The notes under the pieces: generated by a model
What the model saw: only the letters and a program-made list of their open reading frames with translations
Databases searched by the model: none
What the model was told of the DNA's origin: nothing
In this document: positions 48,598 through 60,947 of the stretch, one piece after another
How positions within the stretch are numbered: position 1 is the first letter of the stretch
How the letters are laid out: every line of letters starts with the position of its first letter
Position numbers and translations under genes: made by a program
Assembly: GCA_943704425.1 (NCBI GenBank)
Contig: CALSCP010001443.1
Span: forward strand, 44,299 to 108,298
Direction of reading: 5' to 3'
DNA: 64,000 bases
Origin: Ministeria vibrans ATCC 50519
Lineage: Eukaryota > Protista > Filasterea

Positions 48598-50362
48598 TTA
48601 ATAGGCACTACTGGAGTCAATGGACATGCGTGCGCTGACTAATGGCGTCCAGGCAATCTCCATTTCGTCGATGCGGTCGTCGTCCGTCGTAAAGCGAAAG
48701 GGTGCGCTGCGATCGAACGCATCTTCTTCGGCCAGTGCGGTGTGCTCGTGCTCGGCGCCATCGCACGTTCGGCTTCTCTTAGGGGCAGCACTCATCATCA
48801 TTGGAGTGATGTCGTCGTCTTCACCGGGACTGCCGCTACTTGTCATGCTCTGGCTCTGGCTCTGCGCGTCGCCACCAAACTCGGAACCGTGTCCCGGCGG
48901 CGAGTCGACGGGATGCGAGGGCAAGAGCGACTTGAGAATGTCCGCGGCGGATTCGAGCGCGGCATTTCGTGCCTCAACCTCGACGTGCGACAATTTTCGA
49001 TTGGTTTCCTTCTCCTGAAGAGGATCACGTCGTAAGTGACGCGAGCGGCTGCGCTTAAACAAAAAAATGGCGAGCAGCGAGAGGACCGTCACAAGAATAC
49101 CAGTGACCAGGTTGAGGTAGAAGGTCCAGCCCCAAGTGGGCGTGAGGACTGCGTCAGGAAAGGGTATTTGAAGGTCGGGAAAGGCACCGGCGATCTGCTT
49201 GACCATGCCGTAGTAGACTAGGTTGGCCGCAATGAGAGTGAGTCCAGTGCAGAGCGCTCCCGACAGCGCCACCACCCGATTGCTCGGCACAAAGGCAAAT
49301 AGCAAGCAAGTAAGCACCCAAAAGGAAAACGCAATCCACAGCGTTAGCTGGGTGTACAGACCAGCAATGCGGTAGAATCGTCCCCAACGAATTTTTTCAC
49401 CATCAAGGGTAAAGTACTGTGGAAAACGAGAATAACATCAACAACAGTCGGGAGAATACTCTAACTTTTATATTGCGATGAGTGTTTGTACCTCGGCAAC
49501 GTTAAGAATGGGCAGGGGAGTTCCGCGCACCTGGGCTGCTCGAAATCTGACGTTGAAAAACGACCCGTCGTCGGGAGAGAATCCAAGGCGTCCCTGAGCA
49601 AAACTCCACGGAAAATTTTCGTTGTAGTCAATGGTCTGATTGACTTGGTGTTTAGGCTCGCCCAGCAGCGTAATGTTGATGCCGTGCAGTCCAATGTGCA
49701 GCCCCACGGTGGCATGGATGGCAGACGAGAGAAATGCCGTGTACTCCGTCTCGGTCGAGATGGTTGCAGACGCCCAGTCGAACGCAAACAAATTGACTGC
49801 CCAGTAGTGAATAATTCCAGAACGAAAAAAAAGAGAAAAAAGAGTCAGAGTGTGTGTGTGAGAGAGAGAGAGTCCGGAAGACAAAGCACGTAAGAGGAGA
49901 CGCTAGGATTGGATCGAACGAGGGCCCTGCCCCCCCCTGGAGCGCCGCCCAAGGGCGCCCCATGCCGCTCTCGTCGACATTCCATGCAGAGCGTTCCCTT
50001 TTTTTTCCATTTTCCTCTTCTCCGACTCGCACGCATTTAAGATTCATGAGAGACGTACCGAGGATAATGCAGCCTACTATGATACCTCCAATGATGGAGA
50101 ATTCCTTGCCAACGGCTCGCTACAGACGGGAGGGACGACACAGAGCGTTTTAGGAATTAGGACCAAGTGGGGCGGTGGGCCTCTGAGGGGGCCCGACGAC
50201 CATGGCACAGCGCCCGTGTCGTACCTTTGAGGTGAGCTTGAGCGACGGAGAGATGATGAGGGTGGCGCCGACGAGGACGACAAAGGCCGCAATGATCCCA
50301 CTGATGACCACATCGCCCGTCACCGCCGTCTTGTTTTCCGCATACACAATGGGCGCCGGCAT
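48598..50362 (-). CDS. DUOXA: Dual oxidase maturation factor (DUOXA/NIP family)
   Basis: NKTAVTGDV, YTAF..IHATVGLHIGLHGINITL, IDYNENFPW, RGTPLPILNVAEYFTLDGEKIRWGRFYR.AG.Y, WGWTFYL...TG. These match recalled DUOXA1/moladietz motifs, with about 5 TMs. Confidence 0.9.
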
Positions 50363-50645
50363 GCTGCCGAGATACGCTGGCAAGACAGATCAAACAGAGT
50401 AACGACTTACGAGTGATACGACCGGACTTTCCAAATCAGAATGCAGAATTGCAGATTTGGAAAATAAGAAAGTGACTACTGGCAAAGGTTCTTTTTGGGT
50501 ACTGAGTGAACAAACTTAAAACTTTGTTTCAGTTTTCCTTTCTTTCTTTTGCGAAGGTCTCTCTCTCTCCTCAATTGACGTTGTGCCACTCGTACTCTCT
50601 TAATAGTCTCTTTGGGAGGTTCAGGTCTAAGGGGGTTTTAGTGGA

Positions 50646-51739
50646 ATGGACGGTACGAACGAAAATGCTATGGAGAAAAAGACGAAAAAAAAAAAAAAAA
50701 ACGAACGCGAGAGCAAAAAAGCGGTTTTGTGGCTTATTGGGGGGAGTTCACGCGCTCGCTGTGGTGTGTGTAGGGTTACCCAACACGCATTTGAGTGCTC
50801 CCCTCGGGTGCAGCGGCGACGCAACATCTACGGAGTCGCCAGACGGTCGGGAATGGCAGCCGCGCACATCGCCCAGCGCCAGCCGTCGACGCTCGCGCGA
50901 GATCGCCCGTAGCGAATCCCAACACAGCACAACCGACAGCGGGAAGCACCGGCGGAAGCGAACGATATTCACCATCGAACAGCTCAGTATTCTGGAAACG
51001 GAGTTCCAGAAAACACAAAACCTCACGGTTGCGCAGCGAAACGCCCTCGCCGAGGCAATGGGCCTCGAGGCACGCACCATCAAGGTGTGGCTGCAGAATA
51101 GAAAGGCAAAGAAGAGGAAGGACGGCGAGAAGCCGCCGCAGTTGTTGCTCGAGTCGTTGCGTCGCAGCGGTCAATCGCCCAACGCAGCCACGTCGTTCGC
51201 AGGCGCCACCAGCCTGGCCCCTGCCAATCCGGGCTCTTCCTTTGATATGAACATGGCCTCCGTCTCGTGTGATTCTGTACTCAGTCGACCGTTTGCCGCG
51301 CGAATCAAAGTCGAGGAGGCAGACACGCCGAACGAAGAGTCGCCCGTCACGACGCTCTTGCAAAACCGCATCCATCAGCACATGCTTGCCGTCGATGACA
51401 CCTCACACCATAACATGAAACGGCGCGCATCTTCACCTGCTTGGATCGGAACCAACAAAGATTTGGAGCGTCTCTTAGCGGCCACCGCAACAGCAACAAC
51501 TCCCGCCACGACTTCCAGCGACAACCCGTTTTTTTCGTCGGACACCATGCTGACACGCGGTCGTGCACCCTCCCTGACCCCCTCTATTGGAGCAGTCAGT
51601 AGTGTCGGAAGCGCCATCAGCGACAGACCTCTGCAGCACTACCAACCTCACCTGCATCACCAGCATCTACACCAGCAGCAGCAGCCGCAGCAGCAGCAGC
51701 AGCAACAACAACAGCAACAACAACAACAACAACAACAGC

Positions 51740-51784
<45 letters not shown>

Positions 51785-52542
51785 GACTACAGCAGCAATC
51801 AGCGTCATTTCTGCGCGCGTCCTCACTCGATACAAATCTTGCTTCACTCAGAGTCTCAACGTCTGCTCACACATTGCCGCCCGGCACCACCACCACCACC
51901 ACCACCACCACTACGGGCGCCGCTGCAACAGACTCGGCTGTGCCGTCGCGCTCGTCTTTGACGGATCTTATTGGCATGGCTCCGTCGCCGTCTCAACATG
52001 TTACTGCCAACTCTGTGACCGTTCAACACCAGCAGCATCAGTCGGATCAACTGCGGCAGCGTCTGCTGTCCGAACAAGCACAGCAGATGCAACGCTTTCA
52101 TAATCAGTCGTCTGCACATGGACATCACCAACCGGCACTTCAGCATGAATCCCAGCGCATGTCTCAGGTTATTGACTGGCTTGCCACCTCAGAATTTGGT
52201 CCAGGTACGCGAAATGAATGTTTTTTTTACCGGTTTATATTCTTAAAAATGTTTGTTTTACTTTTTATTTTGCAGTATCTCCAGTTGCAACTACGCCTGA
52301 CGTAAACCCCGAAGAGCTGGCGGTACACGATTCAGTGGATATGTCTTTAAATTGACTTGTTCCCGTCGTTTTGCGTTGTTTGTGTTTAGGCGTACGTGGC
52401 GTCGACGCCTGATTCACTGTCGGGTGTCGCGCGGCGCGACAGCGACAAGGCCATTTCACTGGTTCGAAGCATGTCTATTTACATATAATTATATAATTAT
52501 ATTACTGTAATTATATTATATCTGTGTGTATGTGTATGTGAC

Positions 52543-52574
<32 letters not shown>

Positions 52575-53775
52575 TGTGTGTGTGGTGTATGAGTATAATT
52601 ATCTGTGTGTGTGTATGTGAATGTGTGTGTATGTGTTGTGTATTTATGTGTATGAGTATAATTATGTGAATGTGTGTGTATGTGTATGTGTAGTGCATGT
52701 GTATGATAATTATGTGAATGGTATGTGTATGCTTAGTGCTTTGCGCTTAGCAAGTGTGTGCCGTTTCACTCACTTGATTATCATGTTGCAGATTTTGACG
52801 CGCGTTGAGAGCGGACTGTCCAGTGCACTGGAAGAGAGCTCCGCTCCTCCTTCGCCATCAACTCCCAACTACGCGATCGACTCGCCTTTCTCCCAGACGT
52901 CTACGTCGTCCGCACCCCATCTGCAACAGCCCCTTGCCGCCGTCGCATCCATTGCCCGCGCCACCCAGTCCATGTCTCAGCCACAGCTTGCTCATCCGCA
53001 ACCACCGTCACAACAAGAACACACAAAGCAACCACCGCAACAACCACCGTCACCCCAACACCACAGCCGCGTCTACCCTCCCCACATCCCGCCAGCCGTT
53101 CAGGCCCGCTGTGCCCCTGTTCGACGCCACTCGGTTGTGGTGCAGGTGACCGATCCGTGCGGCACCACTACCGGCGATGACAATCCGCCCAACGACTCTT
53201 TAAACGCCCCAGCACATCAGCCCATGGAAGACGTCCTCTTTGTCGGCAACCCCTTCCGCCCTCGTGCGCGCTCTCTCTCCAACATTCACGACGATCGTCC
53301 TCTGCTGGAGACGGTATACTATATATATATGTGTGTGTGTGTATGTGTGTGTTGCCAGATGATTATTGGTTGTTCATTCCTCTTTCCTTTTTTCTGTTCT
53401 CTCTCCCTCGTTGATAATGAATAGGAGGGTGGTCGACTTGGAAGTCCACTGCTTCCACCAGAGCAGTCGGGCTCTGCGCAGTCACTTCTCTCGGACCATT
53501 CGTCTGTTTTCTCTGCGACACAGTAAGTCGTGGACGCCAAAACGCAAGTCAATCATGAACTCGTGTTTGTTTCTTTGCGTAGCGATGAGCTGAGGGCCGA
53601 CGTACTCGATCAAATGATTGCCTTCTACGGCGAGGATTGGTCTGATTTGAATCTGGACGACGTACAATCACATCAGCAGCAGCAACAACCATCGGAGCGA
53701 AACTCATCGCTGTTACCCTCTGCCGCGGTCAGTCTCCGCGCTGTGAAAAGCTTCAATGACTTGAAGCATGTCTAG
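50646..53775 (+). CDS. Non-TALE Q50 homeodomain transcription factor with a long Q/S-rich C-terminus
   Basis: Homeodomain at 50947-51120: HRRKRTIFTIEQLSILETEFQKTQNLTVAQRNALAEAMGLEARTIKVWLQNRKAKKRK. Start ATGGACG| spliced to 50774; 3' exons are less certain. Confidence 0.85.
51673..51798 (+). repeat. CAG/CAA polyQ tract in the homeobox gene
   Basis: Seen directly. Confidence 0.95.
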
Positions 53776-54025
53776 TAAACAAACACCGATCATAATAATA
53801 ATAATAATATTATTATTATAATTATTAGTGTAAGTCTCAGTTCAGTTCTACTCGTCTTTATTGTATCATGTGTGTCGTCCGAGCTGTGTGCCTTGTCGGT
53901 ACTTGTTGTTTTTCGTAATGTCGTTTGTGTTTCGTTCGCTTGTGGGATTTTTGATTAAAATTTAAAAAATTGAATAACCTTATCATCATTATTATCACTG
54001 CTCCTTTTTGCTGTATACATTTGAC

Positions 54026-55858
54026 ATGGCGAAGGGCAAGTCGAAGGGAGGAAAGAAAACGGGTGGGACGGCGTCTGGTTTAGGTCAGCGTCAGACGAGT
54101 GCGAGTGCGGAAACGTCACTCGAGAGCACAGCACACGACGGCGCACTGGCAGCCGGCGGCGAGCCTCCTGTAGAATCCGTAGACGTGGATGCCAATGACG
54201 GCGTGTCGCCATCAGAAGACGACACAGCAGCCAATGCGACCGATGACATGAATGACGAAAACCCCGACGCAAGTCCCACCGAAGCGACTGACGACGCCAA
54301 GCAGCTCGTTGACGAGCCGCCCACCGTCGCATCAGAGGCACTCGACAGCGACAGCGCGGGCACTGCGGACCCTGCAGATGCGTCTGCTGCTGAAATGGAG
54401 ACATCGAGTGAGGTGACAAATTCGTCCGAAACATCTTGCGACGAGATAACGACTTCCCCAGCGGGCGACACGGCAACAGCCGCCCATTCAACTGAATCAT
54501 CGGCTATTTCGACCAACACGGGCGATGTCTGCAATGCGATAGAAGCCGCCGTCGAGGAGGGAGAAGTCGGCAACGCTGACACCGACGTAGCGTCGTTGCC
54601 GTCGTCGTCGTCGCCCGCAACCACGGCGCTGCCCTTTGCTGATCCCCTCAGTACGAGTGTGGATGACATGGACCACCCACTAAGCGCCGCCTCCACCGCT
54701 TCAGTGACCGCGACGGAAACGGCCGTTCACCCGCTCCATCCAGATTTTGCCCCGGCGTCCGTTCCGTCCGTGTCCAGCAAAAAGGGTGCCTCTATTGTCA
54801 CACTGCATCCCGCCGTCGAAGGCTCGGCGAAGATACAACACGCACCCGCTATGAAAAAATCGACACTGGTCAACGCCGCGTCCCGTCAAAGCAACCGTCC
54901 CCAGCGCCGCGTGTCCTTTTCGGACCAGCTCGAGCAACACCACCTCATTCCGGCGCGCGAGAATGCCGGGTCCATCTTTGGCTCGCTCTTCTCGGTTTTT
55001 TCCAACTTTTCAAGTCAGGAAGGTGACTACGGTGACTCTGGCACAACACCCACATCGCCGCAGCCCAACTACGATGACGACCCGCGCGGCGTGTCGCTCG
55101 CGGTAGCGTCCGCCGCCGCGGCAGCCACCTCCCGCGTCACCGCCACCGTCCTCCATCCAAACATGCCTATCCAGCAAGCCCATCCACCGGCCAACGAGTC
55201 GCTTCAGCACTATGCGTCGCTCGGGCGACAGATCCACGCCGAGAACCTCTTCATGGCACTGAAATTGGCAGTGCGCGATCTCATTGCATGTGTCGGTACC
55301 GTCATCACCGACGCGAACCCCTGTCTCGCCCGCTTTTGCGTCGTCTTTGAGCAGGCGTTTCATCATGGGTTTTGCGGTATTCCAAACGCAATGATAGTGA
55401 TAATGCAGTGACACGTTTTTATTGTTTTGTAGGGGTGCGCACTGGGTTCTTTGGCATGACGGAGCGACGCGAAGTGTTTGCGTTGTTTGAGTCGCTGGAA
55501 CAGAACACGGAGATGCCAGAGCTTGCACTGGCACGACAACACGCACGTACTCCGCGCGGGCACTTCCGAGCGTTTGTGCGCTTGGCGCTACTGCACAAAC
55601 GACTGGCGTTTATCATGGACGAACTGCTGCGCAGCGAGCAGCTCCTGTCGATGTTCTTTGAGCCATGGGCACTGTGGCGCAGTGATCATGCGCTTGCCCT
55701 TGCCGGAAACCTTCTCGGCCTCAATCCTATAGACTTCTCCATCTGTCTCAAGGACCAACCCTTCGATCTAGCCCCTGTCGAGAATGTAGTCATTGACTAT
55801 GCGTGCTACCTACGTCGTGTTCCCTCCGATGCGGTCCCCGATGCTCCTGCCGACTGGT

Positions 55859-55943
<85 letters not shown>

Positions 55944-56678
55944 TTTGTATGTCTTTGTGTGTGTGTGTCTTTGTATGTCTTTGTGTGTGTGTGTCTTTGT
56001 ATGTCTTTGTGTGTGTGTGTCTTTGTATGTCTTTGTGTGTGTGTGTACGACATATGGTTAAGGGCATTGCAGGGGAGTGAAGGGAACAGAGCGTGAATGT
56101 TCGTGACATGAAATTGTACCTTGTGCTATCTTGTTTCTGCACTGCAGTGTGCGCATTGACGAAGTGGGAAATCGTCTGGCAATCAGTGCTCGCTCTGCAG
56201 CCAACACTGCTGCACAGCGCATTTCAGAACTGGAGCTTGAGCTAAGACGAGGAGCCGAACAGAAGACATATCTTGAGGTATGTCGAGTTATTTTAAATAA
56301 TAATTATTATTATTACTATTATTATTATTATTATTGTTCTTGTTATTATTATTAATTTATATATTGTTTGTGTTTTCTTATTTTTGATGTGTTTTAATCG
56401 TGGTCACGTAGGACTTTGGGCGACAGAAGCTGGCGCAGGTGGAGGAAGAACGACGGCAGCGAGGAGTGGTGGAAGAAGAAGTGTCGGCGCTGCGGAACGC
56501 GCTTGTTGCGGTGCGGGAGGAGAAGCGCATTGAGCTGAGTGACATGGAGCGAGTTGTGCTGGAACTGCAGCGCAATCTTGAAGAGCTCCAAACAGAAAAC
56601 GCTCGTCTTAAGGCTGACAAGAGCAAATCTTACTCACAGCGCTCTCGCTACCAGTTTGAGGAGTCAGAGCCATCGTAA
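54026..56678 (+). CDS. RUN-domain coiled-coil protein (RUFY-like; no FYVE seen)
   Basis: Acidic disordered N-terminus; FCVVFEQAFHHG; RTPRGHFRAFVRLAL; FFEPWAL; LLGLNPIDFSICLK; EQKTYLE (cf. RUFY DQKNYVEE); coiled coil to the stop. Confidence 0.85.
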
Positions 56679-56765
56679 CCGTTTTCGATTGACTGTATTC
56701 GACAAATTGATGCACCAAGCTTTTAAAACACAAACAGTAGTAATAATTGTTATATTAAATTAATA

Positions 56766-56804
<39 letters not shown>

Positions 56805-57134
56805 TTAATTAATAGTATCAGTATAATTATTTTTGTGGCAATTTGTCAAGAGGTAAATTTAACTTCGGATGCTGATGGTTGCTTCAGACGGATGTATTGA
56901 ATACCCTCTGTGTATGTCATTGAGTGTTGGCACAAGATTACAACAAGCTGTCAAATTTCCCACTCAAACACTCATGAATCAGCAGAAACGTCACGCGTCA
57001 AGGTGGCTACGGGACAGTCAATCGATTATAGTAAATTCTATAAACACATATAATTATGTATTCACTCTAATTAGCACCTGGCTCCACTCTCAGTTGATAA
57101 AAGGTCTCTCTCCGCCACTCGCTCCACCTTCCTA

Positions 57135-59651
57135 CTACTGCCGCACATACTCCACGCAGTATTCGGGGTAGGCCATGTGCCGATCGTACACGATGAACTC
57201 GCGAAACCTCTCCAAGTACGTGGCACGTGAGTCCTCGCGCTTGGATGGCGCCACAACACTGTCGCAGCGGTTGTCAACGCACAAGTGTGGATCAAAGTGG
57301 CCCTTCACACACGGGGGGCGCACGATGTTGCTGTTGCTCGCGTAGACCGTGTGTGGCTTGCCCACCACAACACGGCACACAAAAATGATTAAGCGTTGTC
57401 CGCGGCAGTAGTGATCGCTCTTCGACGACCTAAAACAAAGGTGGATATCAGTGGGCTCGGGAACAACGGCGTCCAAAAATCTCGTACTTCTCCGAAAAGT
57501 AGCAGCCCCGTCCAAACAGACCCACATTAGACACACGCTCCTCGAATCCCTGTTGCTTGATCTGCTCAAAGAACAGCTCCTAAAACACGATAAAAGTGTG
57601 ATATATCATACGTTTTTCTTCTGTGCCTTACGCTCGTTCCGTGGAAGAGGTAATGCTCGCCCGCCTCCTGCCTGCATCAGTCGCTGACGTCCGTCCCACA
57701 TCACCGAGTCCGTACGTACCGCTGGCGTCACTTGCAGCTGCCCCTTGCCTTTCCACTGGTCTGCCACTCGTTGTCGCTCCAGAGCGTACGTTCGCCACAG
57801 AAGCGGGTTCTCGATGCGGGTAGCTCGAGTCACCTTGAAACGCCGAAAGCGAACAGAATGACTGTCTCTGCCAACCCCGTGTGTGTCCGCCTCCGCCGTC
57901 TCGTTCAGCAACCGCTCCAGTCCCGCCCGAACTTCACTGCTCACGGCCATCTCCTTCATCATGGGTTGCTCGAGCGTTGTCAGTGTCCAGTGCAGTGGGG
58001 GCGACACCAGATGCTACAGAACAAGATGAGACAAGAAAAGACGCGAACTATCCATCATACCTTGACCGACTTTTGCAGCTTCTCGACGGCTTCACGGTCC
58101 TTGCGCACCTCTAGCATCTCTTTGCGCAGCCTCGCAGCCGATTCCTTGACCTGCGCCTCGTGTGCCTGCAATGTGCGTCGCGCCACGTCGTCTTCCGCCT
58201 TGCTTGATTCGCGTTCGAGTACGAGCTCAGCCTCACGCGCTGCCTGCTCTTCTGCCGCGCGCTGCACACGCTCCTGCTCTTGGCGTAGCGCTTGTTGGCG
58301 CTCGCGAATCTCCGCAGCAACTTGTTCTGCCGCCACTGCCGCCTCACTCTGTTGCTGCTCCAGTGCAATTGTCTCTTGCGAAACGTCCGCCGAGAAGAAG
58401 TCGGCAGCCGGTGTGAGAGCAGCAGTCGGACGCCCGGCAGCGTCGTCGGTCACCAGCGTCTGAAGCACGCTCATCAGCGACACATTGTCGGCGAGCACAG
58501 GAAGTGTTCGCTGCACTGAAAGCGTCTTCCCCGTCATGGTCCACAGAAGCGTCACGCCAAACGAGTACATGTCGACGGCAGGCGTAGGCTCTTGCGTGCC
58601 GCTGAGGAGCTCGGGCGCCATAAACTGTATCGTGCCTCGCGGTCCAGACGCGGGTGCAGCAACCGTCATCATCATCGTCATTGTGCGCCCACTCACGTCC
58701 AGACTCACATCAAAGTCGGCCAATACAGCCCGCGCCTGCTCAGACTCGCTTGTCATCAGCACGTTCTCAGGCTTCACGTCACAGTGAATGATTCCTTGCG
58801 AGTGCACATACTAAAAGTCAGATTTCACAGTGTTCTCGTCGGCAATTTTCTTGCCTCAATCGCCGTCAGAGTTTCGCGCATGACCCAGCGACGGCGTGCA
58901 GAAAGGACCTCGACGCCACCGCCAGAGAGCCGCTCCAGCCAGGTTGGAAGTGATCCGCCCGCATAAAATGGCATCTTCATGTAGACGTGATCCTTGTGGG
59001 CAAAGCACACACCCACAGACACAACATGCGGGTGGCACAGGCGACGCAAGCGATTGGCCTCCGAGACAAATGTCTTCAGAGCGTGCACTGAGAACTCCTT
59101 GAGCACACAGAGCTCCCCGTCAAAAGACACGAGTCGCACCATGTGTGGCTTGCGCGCCAGAATTTCGACCTGAGAGTAGTCGTCGATTGCTCGGTCTGCT
59201 ATTGCTTGGGAAGATTTTACAGATGGCGCAGTCCCCATTGCCGCTGGCAATCGCTACATTAGCTGCTCGGTCTGCTATTGCTTGGGAAGATTTTACAGAT
59301 GGCGCAGTCCCCATTGCCGCTGGCAATCGCTACATTAGCACCTAGCTGCCCCTTCCCAGCGCAATCTCGAACTTCAAACTGCATCGAGAAGTCCGCATAT
59401 TTGAAAATCGATCGTCCGATGGTCAACCCCCAGCGGCCGATATGGTTCATCACCGCGTCCACACGGTCCGAACGCACCGTGACTACCACTCCGGGGCGCG
59501 CGTCGGCCAGCACGCGGACCGGAACCGGCGCAATGGGGCTCTCGGGTGACCGCTGCACGTCGACCCTCGTTCCCACAGATATCACGTCACCCGCCGCAGA
59601 GCCGAGGCCCTCCTTCACCAGCGCAGTTAGAGCTGCCTTCCCGGGAGGCAT
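57135..59651 (-). CDS. Protein kinase - coiled coil - tankyrase-like PARP/ART catalytic domain fusion (possibly decaying); 5' end uncertain
   Basis: Kinase: VLKE, E(alphaC), HCDVKPENVL, DFD, GTIQFMAPE, DMYSFG. ART: RIENPLLW..Y, EHYLFHGT, GFEER...GLFGRGCYFSEKSSKSDHY, CRVVVGK, FREFIVY...AYPEY. Introns at 57430-57487, 57580-57631, 58014-58060 and 58811-58854 (GC-AG). Confidence 0.85.
59188..59339. repeat. Perfect 76-bp tandem duplication spanning a 3' splice site of the kinase-ART gene
   Basis: 59188-59263 is identical to 59264-59339. Confidence 0.95.
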
Positions 59652-59808
59652 CCAGCCCGCCGGGGCCGGGAAGAAGAGAGACTTTAGTCGCGAAATGTTT
59701 TTCCTCTTTTTGCTTTTTCAAATTTGAAAAAGTTGATCAGATTGATCAACGAACGCCCGGCAGTACGCACAGGAGTTTGCTGGGGAAGGAAGAAATGAAT
59801 AAAACTGA

Positions 59809-59842
59809 CCCTAACCCTAACCCTAACCCTAACCCTAACCCT
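59809..59842 (+). repeat. Interstitial telomeric repeat (CCCTAA)5
   Basis: Five perfect CCCTAA units plus CCCT. Confidence 0.95.
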
Positions 59843-59879
59843 CTCCTTTCTGCCACCCTCCTCCGCCTCCTCCCTCACC

Positions 59880-60550
59880 CCATTCCACAGTCTCATCTCG
59901 ACCCAACAAGAGTGTCTACGCTGCCACCACCGCACCGCCTACGCTCTCACCCCATGTGCTGTCGTTCAAATACGCATCAACATGAAGTCAACGACCGACA
60001 CAGTCTCCCTCAAAGAGGCACTCGCAGACGCCTTTGCCTCAAACCTCGTCTTTGACGCACGTTCTGACCACTGCTCTGACGCTACCACCACCACAACACT
60101 TGCACAGCGTCGCTCTCTCGAGCGCCCTNNNNNNNNGCACTCGCAGACGCCTTTGCCTCAAACCTCGTCTTTGACGCACGTTCTGACCACTGCTCTGACG
60201 CTACCACCACCACAACACTTGCACAGCGTCGCTCTCTCGAGCGCCCACCAGCCTCTCTCTGTCGCCACGTCCAGCGTTTCGACTGGACCAACGGACAGGC
60301 ACACAAGGACCGACGACTCATTGCGCTCGAGTCCCCTCTCATCAAAATTGCCCATTGTCACTACCGTCTCACTGCCATTGTCATTCACATTGGCGATGGT
60401 TCCCACAACGGTCACTTTGTAACATACCGAAGTGATATAAATGGCGATTGGTTTCGCTGCTCCGACGAAACCATCACTCCCATCGAGTGGGCGCTTGTGT
60501 CCCTCTCCGAGGCCTATTTACTCTTCGTTGATCGCATAATTGTGTTACAT
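59880..60550 (+). pseudogene. 5'-truncated ubiquitin-specific protease (peptidase C19) domain
   Basis: Manual translation: FHSLISTQQECLRCHH...VSLKEALADAF...ERPPASLCRHVQRFDW...YRLTAIVIHIGDGSHNGHFVTY..NGDWFRCSDETI...SEAYLLF (USP boxes 3-6). No Cys box upstream. N gap at 60129-60136. Confidence 0.75.
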
Positions 60551-60947
60551 AATAATAATAATAATAATAATTATTATAACATTAATTTTTATAATATAAT
60601 AAATTTATTATTAATGTTTTTATTATTATTATTATTAATTCCGTGACGCAACTATAGTTATCCACAACGTTACTATAGTCTTGGCTTAGTTGGCTACCCT
60701 TATTATAAGAAGGAATGATCAGTGTGACCAATGAGATCAGGGAATATTCGCCAGACGCTTCAAAATTAATTCAGAATTTTTCACGACTTTTGCCCTTCAA
60801 AGAATTCTACACACAACCACGACCGCTACAGTAAGCCAAAAATGGGCCAGGGGGTTGTGTGTGTCCGTTTGCGGGGGTCGGCGATGCGTGGCGCGGGCGG
60901 GATGTACCGTCACATATGACAAAGAAAAAAAACCGTCCACCGACCGG

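Noticed and set aside
57135-58013. Calling the ART gene tankyrase
   Set aside because: Only the catalytic domain is similar; no ankyrin repeats or SAM domain are present.
60018-60246. 110-bp direct repeat inside the USP fragment
   Set aside because: The copies flank an 8-N gap (60129-60136), which is typical of an unmerged contig overlap. Collapsing it gives one continuous USP frame.
60658-60666. Perfect DnaA box TTATCCACA between ACTATAGT palindromes
   Set aside because: A single 9-mer is plausible by chance in 64 kb, and the context is eukaryotic.
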